Of a stretch of DNA of 64,000 nucleotides, positions 1 through 7,676 are shown one piece after another (positions within the stretch are counted from its first letter, which is position 1; the number at the start of each line of letters is the position of its first letter). The notes below the pieces were generated by a model. That model searched no databases. It saw only the letters and a list, made by a program, of their open reading frames with translations, and was not told where the DNA came from. The translations under genes were made by a program, and so were the position numbers. Origin of the DNA: Limnochordia bacterium (GTDB lineage: Bacteria; Bacillota; Limnochordia; DTU080); NCBI GenBank assembly GCA_050951545.1, contig JBMNJG010000003.1:128001-192000 (forward strand), written 5' to 3'.

Positions 1-298
1 CTTCCCTGTGATGGCCTTTGTGGCCTGTGGTCACGAACACTCCATAGCAAACCAGTTCACGGTCCCCATGGGCATCGCTCTGAAGGGTCAGCCTGCCCTA
101 CAGGAAGCCTTGGCAGGAGCGAATCTTGCGCAGCTGAATTGGGGTAGCTTTGTCATCCGTAACCTGGTACCCGTCACTCTGGGCAATATCATCGGTGGGG
201 CGTGCTTTGTGGGTGCGCTCTACTGGTATGTCTATCTGGCACCAACTGGCGTTGAACAGTGCGTGGATACAACCAGGGTCCAAAAAGGCCGTCATTAA
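1..298 (+). CDS. Formate/nitrite transporter (FNT family), 3' part only; the last ~17 codons are IS-derived
   Basis: AFVACGHEHSIAN and NLVPVTLGNIIGGACFVG are FNT C-terminal signatures; the ORF runs into the IS terminal repeat at 246 and stops at 298 inside the IS. Confidence 0.9.
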   Translation, partial: FPVMAFVACGHEHSIANQFTVPMGIALKGQPALQEALAGANLAQLNWGSFVIRNLVPVTLGNIIGGACFVGALYWYVYLAPTGVEQCVDTTRVQKGRH

Positions 299-351
299 GC
301 CATTTCCGGCACATGACGGCCACTTTTCGGTTGTAGCTACATTTTCTGGGT

Positions 352-2049
352 CTATGGCTGCGTTGGTGGCTTGATGTCTAGATAGCGCGGAGGGGCCTCT
401 AGCTGCAGTTTTTGCAGGAAATCCTTTTGAACTTCACCGGGTTTGGTGGTTTGCCAGACCTCCCCACAATCCGTTGAATGGATGCCTACCTGCATGGTGT
501 CAAAAGCCTTTTTCATCTGATGCCATGTGGCCTCCGTAGCATTTTCCGCCACGCGAATCAGCAGCAGTGAAAGCCAACATAGTAGAGCGTGAGCGCGGAT
601 GCGTTCGTCCTTGCGATGGTAGACAGGACGGATGTCTACTACATGCTTCAGGTCGTCAAACACGCGCTCAATGTCCCAGAGCTGCTTGTAGCCCAGGACG
701 ATGTCCTCAGCACTCAGCTTGTCGTCTGAGCTACTGACCAGGTATTTGCCGTCGAGCTGAGTCTCCTTGCGAATCTTCGCCTTGTCCAGGCTAAGCACGC
801 CTGCTCGATTCTGCTGCAGATAGCGCCCGAAGGTGGGGTGCGAACGCAACTCGCACGCTCCCTTGGTGTGGGCTTCGCCCTCGAGCTGTTCTAGGGCCTC
901 CAGGCAGCGTTCGATCTCGGCAACGATGTCGTCACGCTTCAAACGATCACGTTTGGCCTCCGTAGGATTACGTACGACTACGAAGCGTCTTTGGGCTGCA
1001 CCACCCTCATCAATCAGTACTTCCTTGATTTCGAGACCGTTGGCCAGTTTCTTGTACCTGCCGCGGCGGCTGAGGGCTTCCGCTGGCTCGGCGCCTGGTC
1101 CTAGGCACATTTTCTCACCAATGATGTAGTGACCGCCCGCGCCCTGTAAGACGCGCTGGTTGGCGGCCGAGTTGAACCCTGAGTCCATAACCATCACGAC
1201 CCGGCCCAGCTGCCAATCGTTCAGGTCCTTCTTTACTGCCTCGACTAGGTTCTGATCACAGCTATTGCCGGGGAAGGACCAGCATCTCACGGGTATGCCG
1301 CTACGAGTGATGGCGAAGGCGATGGTAACCTGCGCTAGGTCGTGCCGTTTCTGCTTGTTTCGACCGCGCTTACGCAGCCCTTCCCAAGTCGGCTCGCCAT
1401 CGTCGCCACAAATGTCGTCATCCGTATGCTCGATTTCGAAGTAGACGTTGGTCGTATCGACGAAGATCAGATCAACCTCGAGGTTGAAGAGGTTGACCAC
1501 CGAGAAGAACACGTCATGCTGAATCTTTTCATCGGCCTCGAGAAGGAAATCCATCGCCCGGTAAAGCTGATGAACCTCAACTTCATCAAGCCCTGAGATA
1601 TGTACCTTTTTGGCTACCCAGTGCTCGAGTCCAAGCTTACTGCATGGAGCCAACGCCCGATTCGCCACCATGGCGAAGATAAGCCGTTCGATCGGCGTAG
1701 CAGACTCTCGCTTACGCAGAAGAGTCTCGAGCACCTTTCGGATGCCCAAACGTTGCCACAGACCGTCTAGCAGCCATGTTCCGCCCAACTCCCTAGATCC
1801 CTTGAACTCAAAGGGCTGGACGTTGCCCGCTACTACCTGCGCTTCAGCGGCTTCATCCGGCTCCAGATATCTGGAGATGCTATTGACCAGACGTCGCAGA
1901 GCTTCCGTATCCAGGGCATCGGCCGGGCCAAGGTTATGAAGCACCTTGGTCTTTGAAACTCCCTTCACAGGGTCTCTATAGTTATGACAGAGTTGCACAT
2001 ACCGAAAGGTCTTGTGACTCTTTTTGACGGATACGGTTCGCATATACAT
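352..2049 (-). CDS. IS1634-family DDE transposase
   Basis: Start taken at MYMRT (2049); catalytic-like motifs FVDTTNVYFE, MVMDSGF, WDIERVF; IRPVYHRKDERIRAH is typical of IS1634. Confidence 0.93.
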   Translation of the reverse strand: MYMRTVSVKKSHKTFRYVQLCHNYRDPVKGVSKTKVLHNLGPADALDTEALRRLVNSISRYLEPDEAAEAQVVAGNVQPFEFKGSRELGGTWLLDGLWQRLGIRKVLETLLRKRESATPIERLIFAMVANRALAPCSKLGLEHWVAKKVHISGLDEVEVHQLYRAMDFLLEADEKIQHDVFFSVVNLFNLEVDLIFVDTTNVYFEIEHTDDDICGDDGEPTWEGLRKRGRNKQKRHDLAQVTIAFAITRSGIPVRCWSFPGNSCDQNLVEAVKKDLNDWQLGRVVMVMDSGFNSAANQRVLQGAGGHYIIGEKMCLGPGAEPAEALSRRGRYKKLANGLEIKEVLIDEGGAAQRRFVVVRNPTEAKRDRLKRDDIVAEIERCLEALEQLEGEAHTKGACELRSHPTFGRYLQQNRAGVLSLDKAKIRKETQLDGKYLVSSSDDKLSAEDIVLGYKQLWDIERVFDDLKHVVDIRPVYHRKDERIRAHALLCWLSLLLIRVAENATEATWHQMKKAFDTMQVGIHSTDCGEVWQTTKPGEVQKDFLQKLQLEAPPRYLDIKPPTQP

Positions 2050-2058
2050 TGTAACTAT

Positions 2059-2067
2059 ATTATACCA
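2059..2067 (-). promoter_or_regulatory. Extended -10 promoter (TGnTATAAT) for the transposase
   Basis: TGGTATAAT lies 9 nt before the ATG at 2049; no Shine-Dalgarno in between. Confidence 0.55.
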
Positions 2068-2272
2068 CAGGTAAGCGATTAAGGGAAGGCCGAAAACAGA
2101 TAGGGTTGTAACTACGCGTTTTGCGGTTGTGGCCACACGTTCGCGCCCAAAAAACGCTATACTAGGCCATTTCGCATTTCGGTTGTGCCCCTCAACTGTT
2201 CAACGCCAGACCAGAGAAGATGAGTCAAGCCGGATCTCCGCACGGCCAGTGATCGTACCAGCTTGTGATATG

Positions 2273-2306
2273 GAAGACGCCGACCTGCTTTCAGGTCGGC
2301 GTCTTC
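2273..2306. terminator. Strong hairpin between the native FNT stop and the convergent tRNA cluster; probable terminator
   Basis: GAAGACGCCGACCTG-cttt-CAGGTCGGCGTCTTC, perfect 15-bp stem. Confidence 0.75.
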
Positions 2307-2309
2307 ATT

Positions 2310-2385
2310 TGGAGCGGGCGACGAGATTCGAACTCGCGACCCCAACCTTGGCAAGGTTGTGCTCTACCAACTGAGCTACACCCGC
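2310..2385 (-). tRNA. tRNA-Gly(GCC)
   Basis: GCGGGTGTAGCTCAGTTGGTAGAGC...CTTGCCAAG...GTTCGAATC...CCCGCTCCA; cloverleaf with encoded CCA. Confidence 0.97.
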
Positions 2386-2388
2386 ATC

Positions 2389-2464
2389 TGGTGCCAAGGG
2401 CCAGAATCGAACTGGCGACACCGTGATTTTCAGTCACGTGCTCTACCAACTGAGCTACCTTGGC
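2389..2464 (-). tRNA. tRNA-Phe(GAA)
   Basis: GCCAAGGTAGCTCAGTTGGTAGAGC...CTGAAAA...GTTCGATTC...CTTGGCACCA. Confidence 0.97.
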
Positions 2465-2512
2465 TTACTAGCTTAAGTTTTAGGGTTGGGACCTTTGATA
2501 AGGCCCCAACCA

Positions 2513-2590
2513 TGGCGGAACCGACGGGACTCGAACCCGCGATCTCCGGCGTGACAGGCCGGCGTGTTAAACCAACTACACCACGGTTCC
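2513..2590 (-). tRNA. tRNA-Asp(GTC)
   Basis: GGAACCGTGGTGTAGTTGG...CCTGTCACG...GTTCGAGTC...GGTTCCGCCA. Confidence 0.97.
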
Positions 2591-2604
2591 CTTTGACATT
2601 TTGT

Positions 2605-2633
2605 ATCCTATCATGGTGCTTACTAGCTGTCAA
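2605..2633 (-). promoter_or_regulatory. SigA promoter for the tRNA Asp-Phe-Gly operon
   Basis: TTGACA-17 bp-TAGGAT with an upstream TG, 14 nt before tRNA-Asp. Confidence 0.8.
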
Positions 2634-2705
2634 GCACTTCTCGGTGTAGACTACTCACCATCTGCACATGCCCCGCAAGACGCTTTATACCACTCTAGGA
2701 CCAGG

Positions 2706-2782
2706 TGGTGGACGCTGCGGGACTCGAACCTGCGGCCTCCGCCTTGTAAGGGCGGCGCTCTAACCAGCTGAGCTAAGCGTCC
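2706..2782 (-). tRNA. tRNA-Val(TAC)
   Basis: GGACGCTTAGCTCAGCTGGTTAGAGC...CTTACAA...GTTCGAGTC...GCGTCCACCA. Confidence 0.97.
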
Positions 2783-2815
2783 ATGACCCAACCTAGTGTG
2801 CAAGGGGCAAGAATT

Positions 2816-2844
2816 ATTGTATCCAAGATTGCCGTCACTGTCAA
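2816..2844 (-). promoter_or_regulatory. SigA promoter for tRNA-Val
   Basis: TTGACA-17 bp-TACAAT. Confidence 0.8.
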
Positions 2845-2859
2845 TCGTCTCTTCGCGAA

Positions 2860-3110
2860 GGGATACACACACACGTGAAATCGCGGCGAACACCCGTTCC
2901 TGATCATGCTGCCTCCCGCCTCTCCCAGAAATCGTCCCACTGTTCACCGTGGGAGTATGCTGCAACGTTTAGCATCTGCTGTGCCCTAAGTTGGCTCCAA
3001 CGCGATTGCTTGTGGCGCCTAACAACAACCTGCTTACAGGCGCTTTCTACGCATCCGCTGCCAATGGGGTAGCCAGCGGCCTCCAGCCTCGGATAAAGGG
3101 TTCATCTCCT
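2860..3110 (-). pseudogene. ISKra4/ISLre2-type (UPF0236-like) transposase C-terminal remnant with possible right end
   Basis: Frame 3095-2904 reads YPRLEAAGYPIGSGCVESACKQVVVRRHKQSRWSQLRAQQMLNVAAYSHGEQWDDFWERREAA*; GxPIGSGxVESACK and WS..A..ML..W..FW are ISKra4-type motifs; no in-frame start. Confidence 0.8.
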
Positions 3111-3256
3111 CCTGCGAAAGTGCCTCTTGAGTGCGTGTCAACCCACGAGTAAATCTTACCGAAGACCGTATGGCTCACTCACCAAAGATCTAACCCAACG
3201 CTTGCCTAAGTCAGAGCAGGCATAGGCTCACGACTACTGCTACGGACTCTCTGGGA

Positions 3257-3284
3257 TGCATCGGTGGCCTCGGCCACCGATGCA
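3257..3284. repeat. Perfect 13-bp inverted repeat (hairpin/palindrome)
   Basis: TGCATCGGTGGCC-tc-GGCCACCGATGCA; no U-tract on either side. Confidence 0.85.
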
Positions 3285-3451
3285 CTTGGTGGGCCTTGGC
3301 CGATCAGTTGTTCAATCCTGTGGTGCATAGCCAGTGGGTTTGGCTCACGTTGTCGCTTCTGCACGATCGCCAGCGGCGGGTGGACGCGCACTAACATTGG
3401 CTGCACGGCTGATGTGAGCACTAATGAAACGGACGAGGTGACCCAGGGTGA

Positions 3452-4513
3452 TTACTCGTCTTGCGTTTCGTCAGATTGGCTGGCGGTTCCCCAGCCGCGC
3501 TCATCTATTCTTTGCTGGTATTCACCGCATCTACACTCGAGATAGTTGATGAGCTTCCGGTTGAAGTCCTGACCGCGCCGGAATGGCAGCCGCCTGTGAA
3601 TCTTGCGCTTGATGATCTTGCAGGACAGCTCGTGAGCCTGAATCACGATCAGCTTGATCTTCTTCTTAGCGCAGATCTGCTGTTTGGTCTGGTCACGGCA
3701 TTGCTGCTTATGGACCTGCTCAGCCGAATTCCGCTCCGTGACGCGGTAGTGTTGCGCCCCATTGAACTCCATGGCCGTATTGTGCAAGTAATAGAAGAGA
3801 TCGACCTCCAGACGCTTGCCAGTTGCTGGGTTCCTCATGAAACCTGGGCGCATTCCGTCGTCGAAGTCAAGGCAATCGACAAGCGCCAAGAAGATAGCCT
3901 GCATGAGAGCCTCTCCGAGGTGCGTAGCGCGGTGGAGCTCATCCTGCACGTCTAGTATTTCTTTGACATTTCGCTTATCAACCGGGTTGTGGAGAGTGAA
4001 GCGAATCGGTGCCCGCTTGTGCGCCTGCTCCATCTCCAGCCAACCATGCTTGGCCAACTGACGAGCCGCGTGTTTGATGGTCTGGGGGCTCAGACTCATC
4101 CGGCCGGCTAACTCAGCGTATGTGAACTGCCTTTTGCGAGGTGGGTCCGTAGGTTTGGACAGCAGTAGGGCATAAACCAATTTGGCCTGTGCATGGATTT
4201 CAGTAGCCATGACTAACTCCACAGGTACGGAGACCCTATCCGGGGATGGCTTCTGTGCCGCGGTCTGGCTAGGTCCCCGCCTAGCCGGTGGAGCAAACCA
4301 GCCCTCGGTGGTTAACTTGGCTGTCGCCCTGCGAACGGTAGGCCGGGACATACCCGTGCGCCGCCCCAGGCGGCTGGGCGAGAAAAGGAAACTTTCCTCC
4401 AGCTGATCATCCATCGTTAAGGCCATCCAAACGATCTTCTCGCTGGCTTTTAGCTCGCGAGTCAGTAGCAGTGAGAGCGGCACGTTCACCTCATCTACAT
4501 AGAGAGAGTACAA
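3452..4513 (-). CDS. Hypothetical protein with two winged-HTH-like repeats and a C-terminal DUF559/Vsr-like PD-(D/E)XK nuclease domain
   Basis: Two similar modules (VNVPLSLLL..ASEKIVW..LGRRTGMSRPTVRRATAKLTTEGW and VSVPVELVM..AQAKLVY..LAGRMSLSPQTIKHAARQLAKHGW); C-terminus GE..RPGFMRNPATGKRLEVDLF..AMEFNGAQHY..QQCRDQTKQQIC..IKLIVI; TTG start after GAGGTGAGG. Confidence 0.75.
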   Translation of the reverse strand: MYSLYVDEVNVPLSLLLTRELKASEKIVWMALTMDDQLEESFLFSPSRLGRRTGMSRPTVRRATAKLTTEGWFAPPARRGPSQTAAQKPSPDRVSVPVELVMATEIHAQAKLVYALLLSKPTDPPRKRQFTYAELAGRMSLSPQTIKHAARQLAKHGWLEMEQAHKRAPIRFTLHNPVDKRNVKEILDVQDELHRATHLGEALMQAIFLALVDCLDFDDGMRPGFMRNPATGKRLEVDLFYYLHNTAMEFNGAQHYRVTERNSAEQVHKQQCRDQTKQQICAKKKIKLIVIQAHELSCKIIKRKIHRRLPFRRGQDFNRKLINYLECRCGEYQQRIDERGWGTASQSDETQDE

Positions 4514-4561
4514 GGGCCTCACCTCACATAACGACCATGTGTTCGATTGATTCAATGCTGA

Positions 4562-4586
4562 ATTCTATGTGCGGCTCCAGAATCCT
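4562..4586 (-). promoter_or_regulatory. SigH-like promoter for the HTH-nuclease gene
   Basis: AGGA-17 bp-GAAT, matching the spacing of the B. subtilis SigH consensus. Confidence 0.5.
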
Positions 4587-4677
4587 TCCACAGACAATAG
4601 TTCTTCGCTGACTGCGCGTGCATTGCCGACTAAGACCCGGTGGCCACTGGGAGTCGACAGCATTTCCCCCTCGGATC

Positions 4678-5669
4678 ATCGGCTGAGTGGGAAAAGGCTG
4701 TCGCCACCGTCCGGTTATGTACTGCCCAGTAGCCCCAGAAGGGCCGCCGAGACGAGAAAACGCGCTCTTGGCCGGGGAAATGAGCCCTTCGGGCGGTCAA
4801 GATGAGCAAAAAAGGCTTCGCGAAGACCGCATCGCTGCACTTTTACCACGTACATTGGGCCCGGGGGTTAATGAGGCGGCTCTTTTGCCATCGCGGTCGG
4901 ATCCTTGGCCCCCACTTCACGTACCAATCCGGGTAAATCCCGTCCGACTACCGAGCCAGTCTCGCGAGCGTGTGCATGGTGCATGGTATTCGTCCAGCCT
5001 TTTCGAAACACACCGACCGGGCTAACACTGAAGGGTCGGTCCACAGAGGGACCCGAGTGAGCCCGCCGTGATCGCGCACTGGGGAGCTGACCCCATCGGC
5101 TGAGTGGCAAAAGGCTATCGACACTGCCGGGTTATGTACCGCCCAGTAGCTCCACAAGGGCCACCAGGGCGGGAAAGCGCGCTCTTTTGGGGGGAAAAGA
5201 GCCCTTCAGCCGGTCAAAATGAGCAAAAAGGGCTTCGCGAAGACCGCATCGCTGCACTTTTACCACGTACATTGGGCCCGGGGGCTAATGAGGCGGCTCT
5301 TTTGCCATCACGGTCGGATCCTTGGTCGCTACTCGCATGCCAATGCGGACAAATCCCGTTCGGCGAGCGAGTCTCGCAAGCGTGTCCATGCGCCCATTCT
5401 TTTCGAAACACACCGACCGGGCTAACACTGAAGGGTCGGTCCGCAGAGGGACCCGAGTGAGCCCGCCGTGATCGCGCACTGGGGAGCTGACCCCAATCGG
5501 CTGAGTGGCAAAAGGTATCGACACTGTTCGGTTATGTACTGCCCAGTAGCCCCAGAAGCGAAATCAGGGCGGGAAAGCGTGCTCTTGGGCGGCGAAATGA
5601 GCCTGTCGGGCGATCAAAATGAGCCTGTCGGGCGATTCGCGAAGACCGCATCGCTAGGTTGTTACCACC
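4678..5669. repeat. Tandem array of ~400-bp imperfect repeats (2 full units and 1 partial)
   Basis: ATCGGCTGAGTGG recurs at 4678, 5095 and 5496 (periods 417 and 401); GGTTATGTAC at 4713, 5130, 5530; long near-identical blocks between units. Confidence 0.95.
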
Positions 5670-5835
5670 AACCCAAGCGAACGCAGAGAGATTACCGCAG
5701 TTTTTTGCGTGGCCCCTTCGCGAAGAGCCAAAGGCTGCCGATGGTAACAACATGTTCCGGTCTGCTTCGTCGTGATCCGGAGCCATTCGGGGTACCGTAA
5801 TGGTAGAGCAACGAACTTTTTTCCGGAGGTCAACC

Positions 5836-6681
5836 ATGCGTAGCCTATGGAAAGGCGCAGTCAGTTTTGGCTTAGTGAACATCCCCGTACGCATGTATGC
5901 CGCTACTGAAGATAAGGATTTGAGCTTCAGTCAGCTACATCGAGAGTGTCATACCCCTATTCGCTACGCCAAGTTCTGTCCCACCTGCGAACGGGAAGTG
6001 CAGCAAGAGGAGATCATTCGAGGTTATGCATACGACAACCGGGGCTTCGTCGTCCTGGAAGAAGACGATTTCGCCTCTCTTCCTGTGCCAACGCTTAAGA
6101 CAGTGGAAATCCTAGATTTCATTGATCTGGTGGAGATCGACCCCATCTACTACCAACGAAGCTACTACCTCGAGCCCCTGGAAGGCGCGACAAAACCCTA
6201 TTCGCTTCTGCTGCGAGCCATGCAGGAGAGTAGTAAGGTAGCTCTCGGCAAGATCACCATCCGGACACGAGAATCCCTGTGCTGTCTGCGCGTCTACCGT
6301 GATCTCCTGTCTGTAGCTACCATGCACTACCCCGACGAAGTGCGTTCTATTGAACAACTGCAGCCTCTACAGACCCACCCCGAGGTAGCCGCGGGGGAGC
6401 TGCGCATGGCTCTGCAGCTCATCGAAAGCCTGACGACCCCGTTCGAACCGAGCAAGTATACAGATGGATATCGTAGCGCTCTGCTGGAGCTGATCCGGAC
6501 CAAAGCCGCTGGCCACCAGATACACGAGGCGCCGACGCCGACGCCGTTGGCGGGTGATGTCATGGATCTGATGGCGGCTCTTGAGGCAAGCCTTAGCGCG
6601 GTAGAAAAGGAAAAGGTAATGTCCAAGACCGAGGTGGCTAGCTCCGCCAAGTTGGCTACCGGTCGACGACGCAAGGGCTAG
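5836..6681 (+). CDS. ku: Ku protein (NHEJ)
   Basis: MRSLWKGAVSFGLVNIPV, IDPIYYQRSYYL, DLMAALEASL, basic tail; GGAGG RBS. Confidence 0.96.
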   Translation: MRSLWKGAVSFGLVNIPVRMYAATEDKDLSFSQLHRECHTPIRYAKFCPTCEREVQQEEIIRGYAYDNRGFVVLEEDDFASLPVPTLKTVEILDFIDLVEIDPIYYQRSYYLEPLEGATKPYSLLLRAMQESSKVALGKITIRTRESLCCLRVYRDLLSVATMHYPDEVRSIEQLQPLQTHPEVAAGELRMALQLIESLTTPFEPSKYTDGYRSALLELIRTKAAGHQIHEAPTPTPLAGDVMDLMAALEASLSAVEKEKVMSKTEVASSAKLATGRRRKG

Positions 6682-6689
6682 AGCAAGCC

Positions 6690-7676
6690 ATGCCCCTCCC
6701 CCCGTTTATCCCTCCGATGCTCGCTACACCAGGTCCTCTGACTTACTCCAAGGAGTCTTTGTACGAGCCAAAGTGGGACGGCCTGCGTTGTCTAGCTTTC
6801 AAGGATAAGAGGCTTCGCCTCATGAGCCGTAACGGTCGGGACATGACCGCTCACTTCCCGGACCTGGCGGATCTGGCACATTGCCTTCACGGTGAACCCT
6901 GGGTCTTAGACGGAGAGCTTGTCATCTTTGACGACACCGGAAAAGCAAGCTTTGATCTGGTACGCGATCGCAATCTGACAGCTACCCCTACACGCATTAC
7001 TCATCTGGCGCAGCGCCATCCCGCAGTTCTTATTGTCTTCGATCTTCTCTACCACCGCGGGATTAGCCTGATGGACAAGATGCTGCGTGCCCGTCGCAGC
7101 TTGCTTGAGCAGCACCTAGAGCCGGGGCAACACGTGGCACTTTCACCTGCAGTGGTTGGCGCGGGGCCTGGTTTTCACCAAACAGTGGTACACCACGGAT
7201 GTGAGGGGACGATGATTAAGAGGTTAGAGAGTCCGTACGCGCCTGGATCGCGAAGCCCTTATTGGATCAAGGTCCGCAATGTCAAGGAAACCGACTGTGT
7301 GATCGGCGGCTTCGTACAAAGAGGCCCTCAGCAGCTGGCAAGTCTGCTACTCGGACAGCATCTGCTCCCTGCGAAGACACTGCACTACGTTGGCCGCGTG
7401 GGCGCGGGTTTCTCCGAGAACCAGAGCCAAACCCTTCTGAATTTTCTTTACCGCATCCTGACCCATGCGCCACCCTTCACGGCGATTGCCCCAAATCTAG
7501 CTCGCGGAGCCTCCTGGGTTCGACCCATAGTGGTCTGCCGTGTCGAGTACCTAACATGGACCGCCAAAGGCCTACTGCGCCATCCGGTCTTTCGCGGCAT
7601 CCGTACGGATAAGCCACCTCTTGAGTGCCTATTGGCGGCCGATCATCCGTCCAGCACAGGAGCCTCTTCCCTATGA
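6690..7676 (+). CDS. ligD: ATP-dependent DNA ligase, LigD ligase domain
   Basis: Motifs EPKWDGLR, LDGEL, FDLLY, EGTMIK, YVGRVGAGF, LRHPVFRG. Confidence 0.93.
   Translation: MPLPPFIPPMLATPGPLTYSKESLYEPKWDGLRCLAFKDKRLRLMSRNGRDMTAHFPDLADLAHCLHGEPWVLDGELVIFDDTGKASFDLVRDRNLTATPTRITHLAQRHPAVLIVFDLLYHRGISLMDKMLRARRSLLEQHLEPGQHVALSPAVVGAGPGFHQTVVHHGCEGTMIKRLESPYAPGSRSPYWIKVRNVKETDCVIGGFVQRGPQQLASLLLGQHLLPAKTLHYVGRVGAGFSENQSQTLLNFLYRILTHAPPFTAIAPNLARGASWVRPIVVCRVEYLTWTAKGLLRHPVFRGIRTDKPPLECLLAADHPSSTGASSL

Larger units (their letters stand above)
246..2209 (-). mobile_element. IS1634-family insertion sequence, apparently complete (1964 bp)
   Basis: Perfect 15-bp terminal inverted repeats CTGGCGTTGAACAGT (246-260) / ACTGTTCAACGCCAG (2195-2209); flanks ACCAA (241-245) / ACCAG (2210-2214) resemble a target duplication; one transposase ORF inside. 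Confidence 0.92.

Noticed and set aside
2484-2511. Hairpin in the tRNA Asp-Phe spacer as a separate ncRNA
   Set aside because: A short imperfect stem inside a tRNA operon spacer; most simply a processing structure
4678-5669. CRISPR array
   Set aside because: Units are ~400 bp, the variable segments are homologous to each other rather than unique spacers, and there are no cas genes in the window
4687-5800. Paralogous small ORFs in the repeat units (4687-5025, 5104-5460, 5468-5800)
   Set aside because: No convincing RBS, frame-breaking indels between units and no protein motifs; the similarity follows from the DNA repeat
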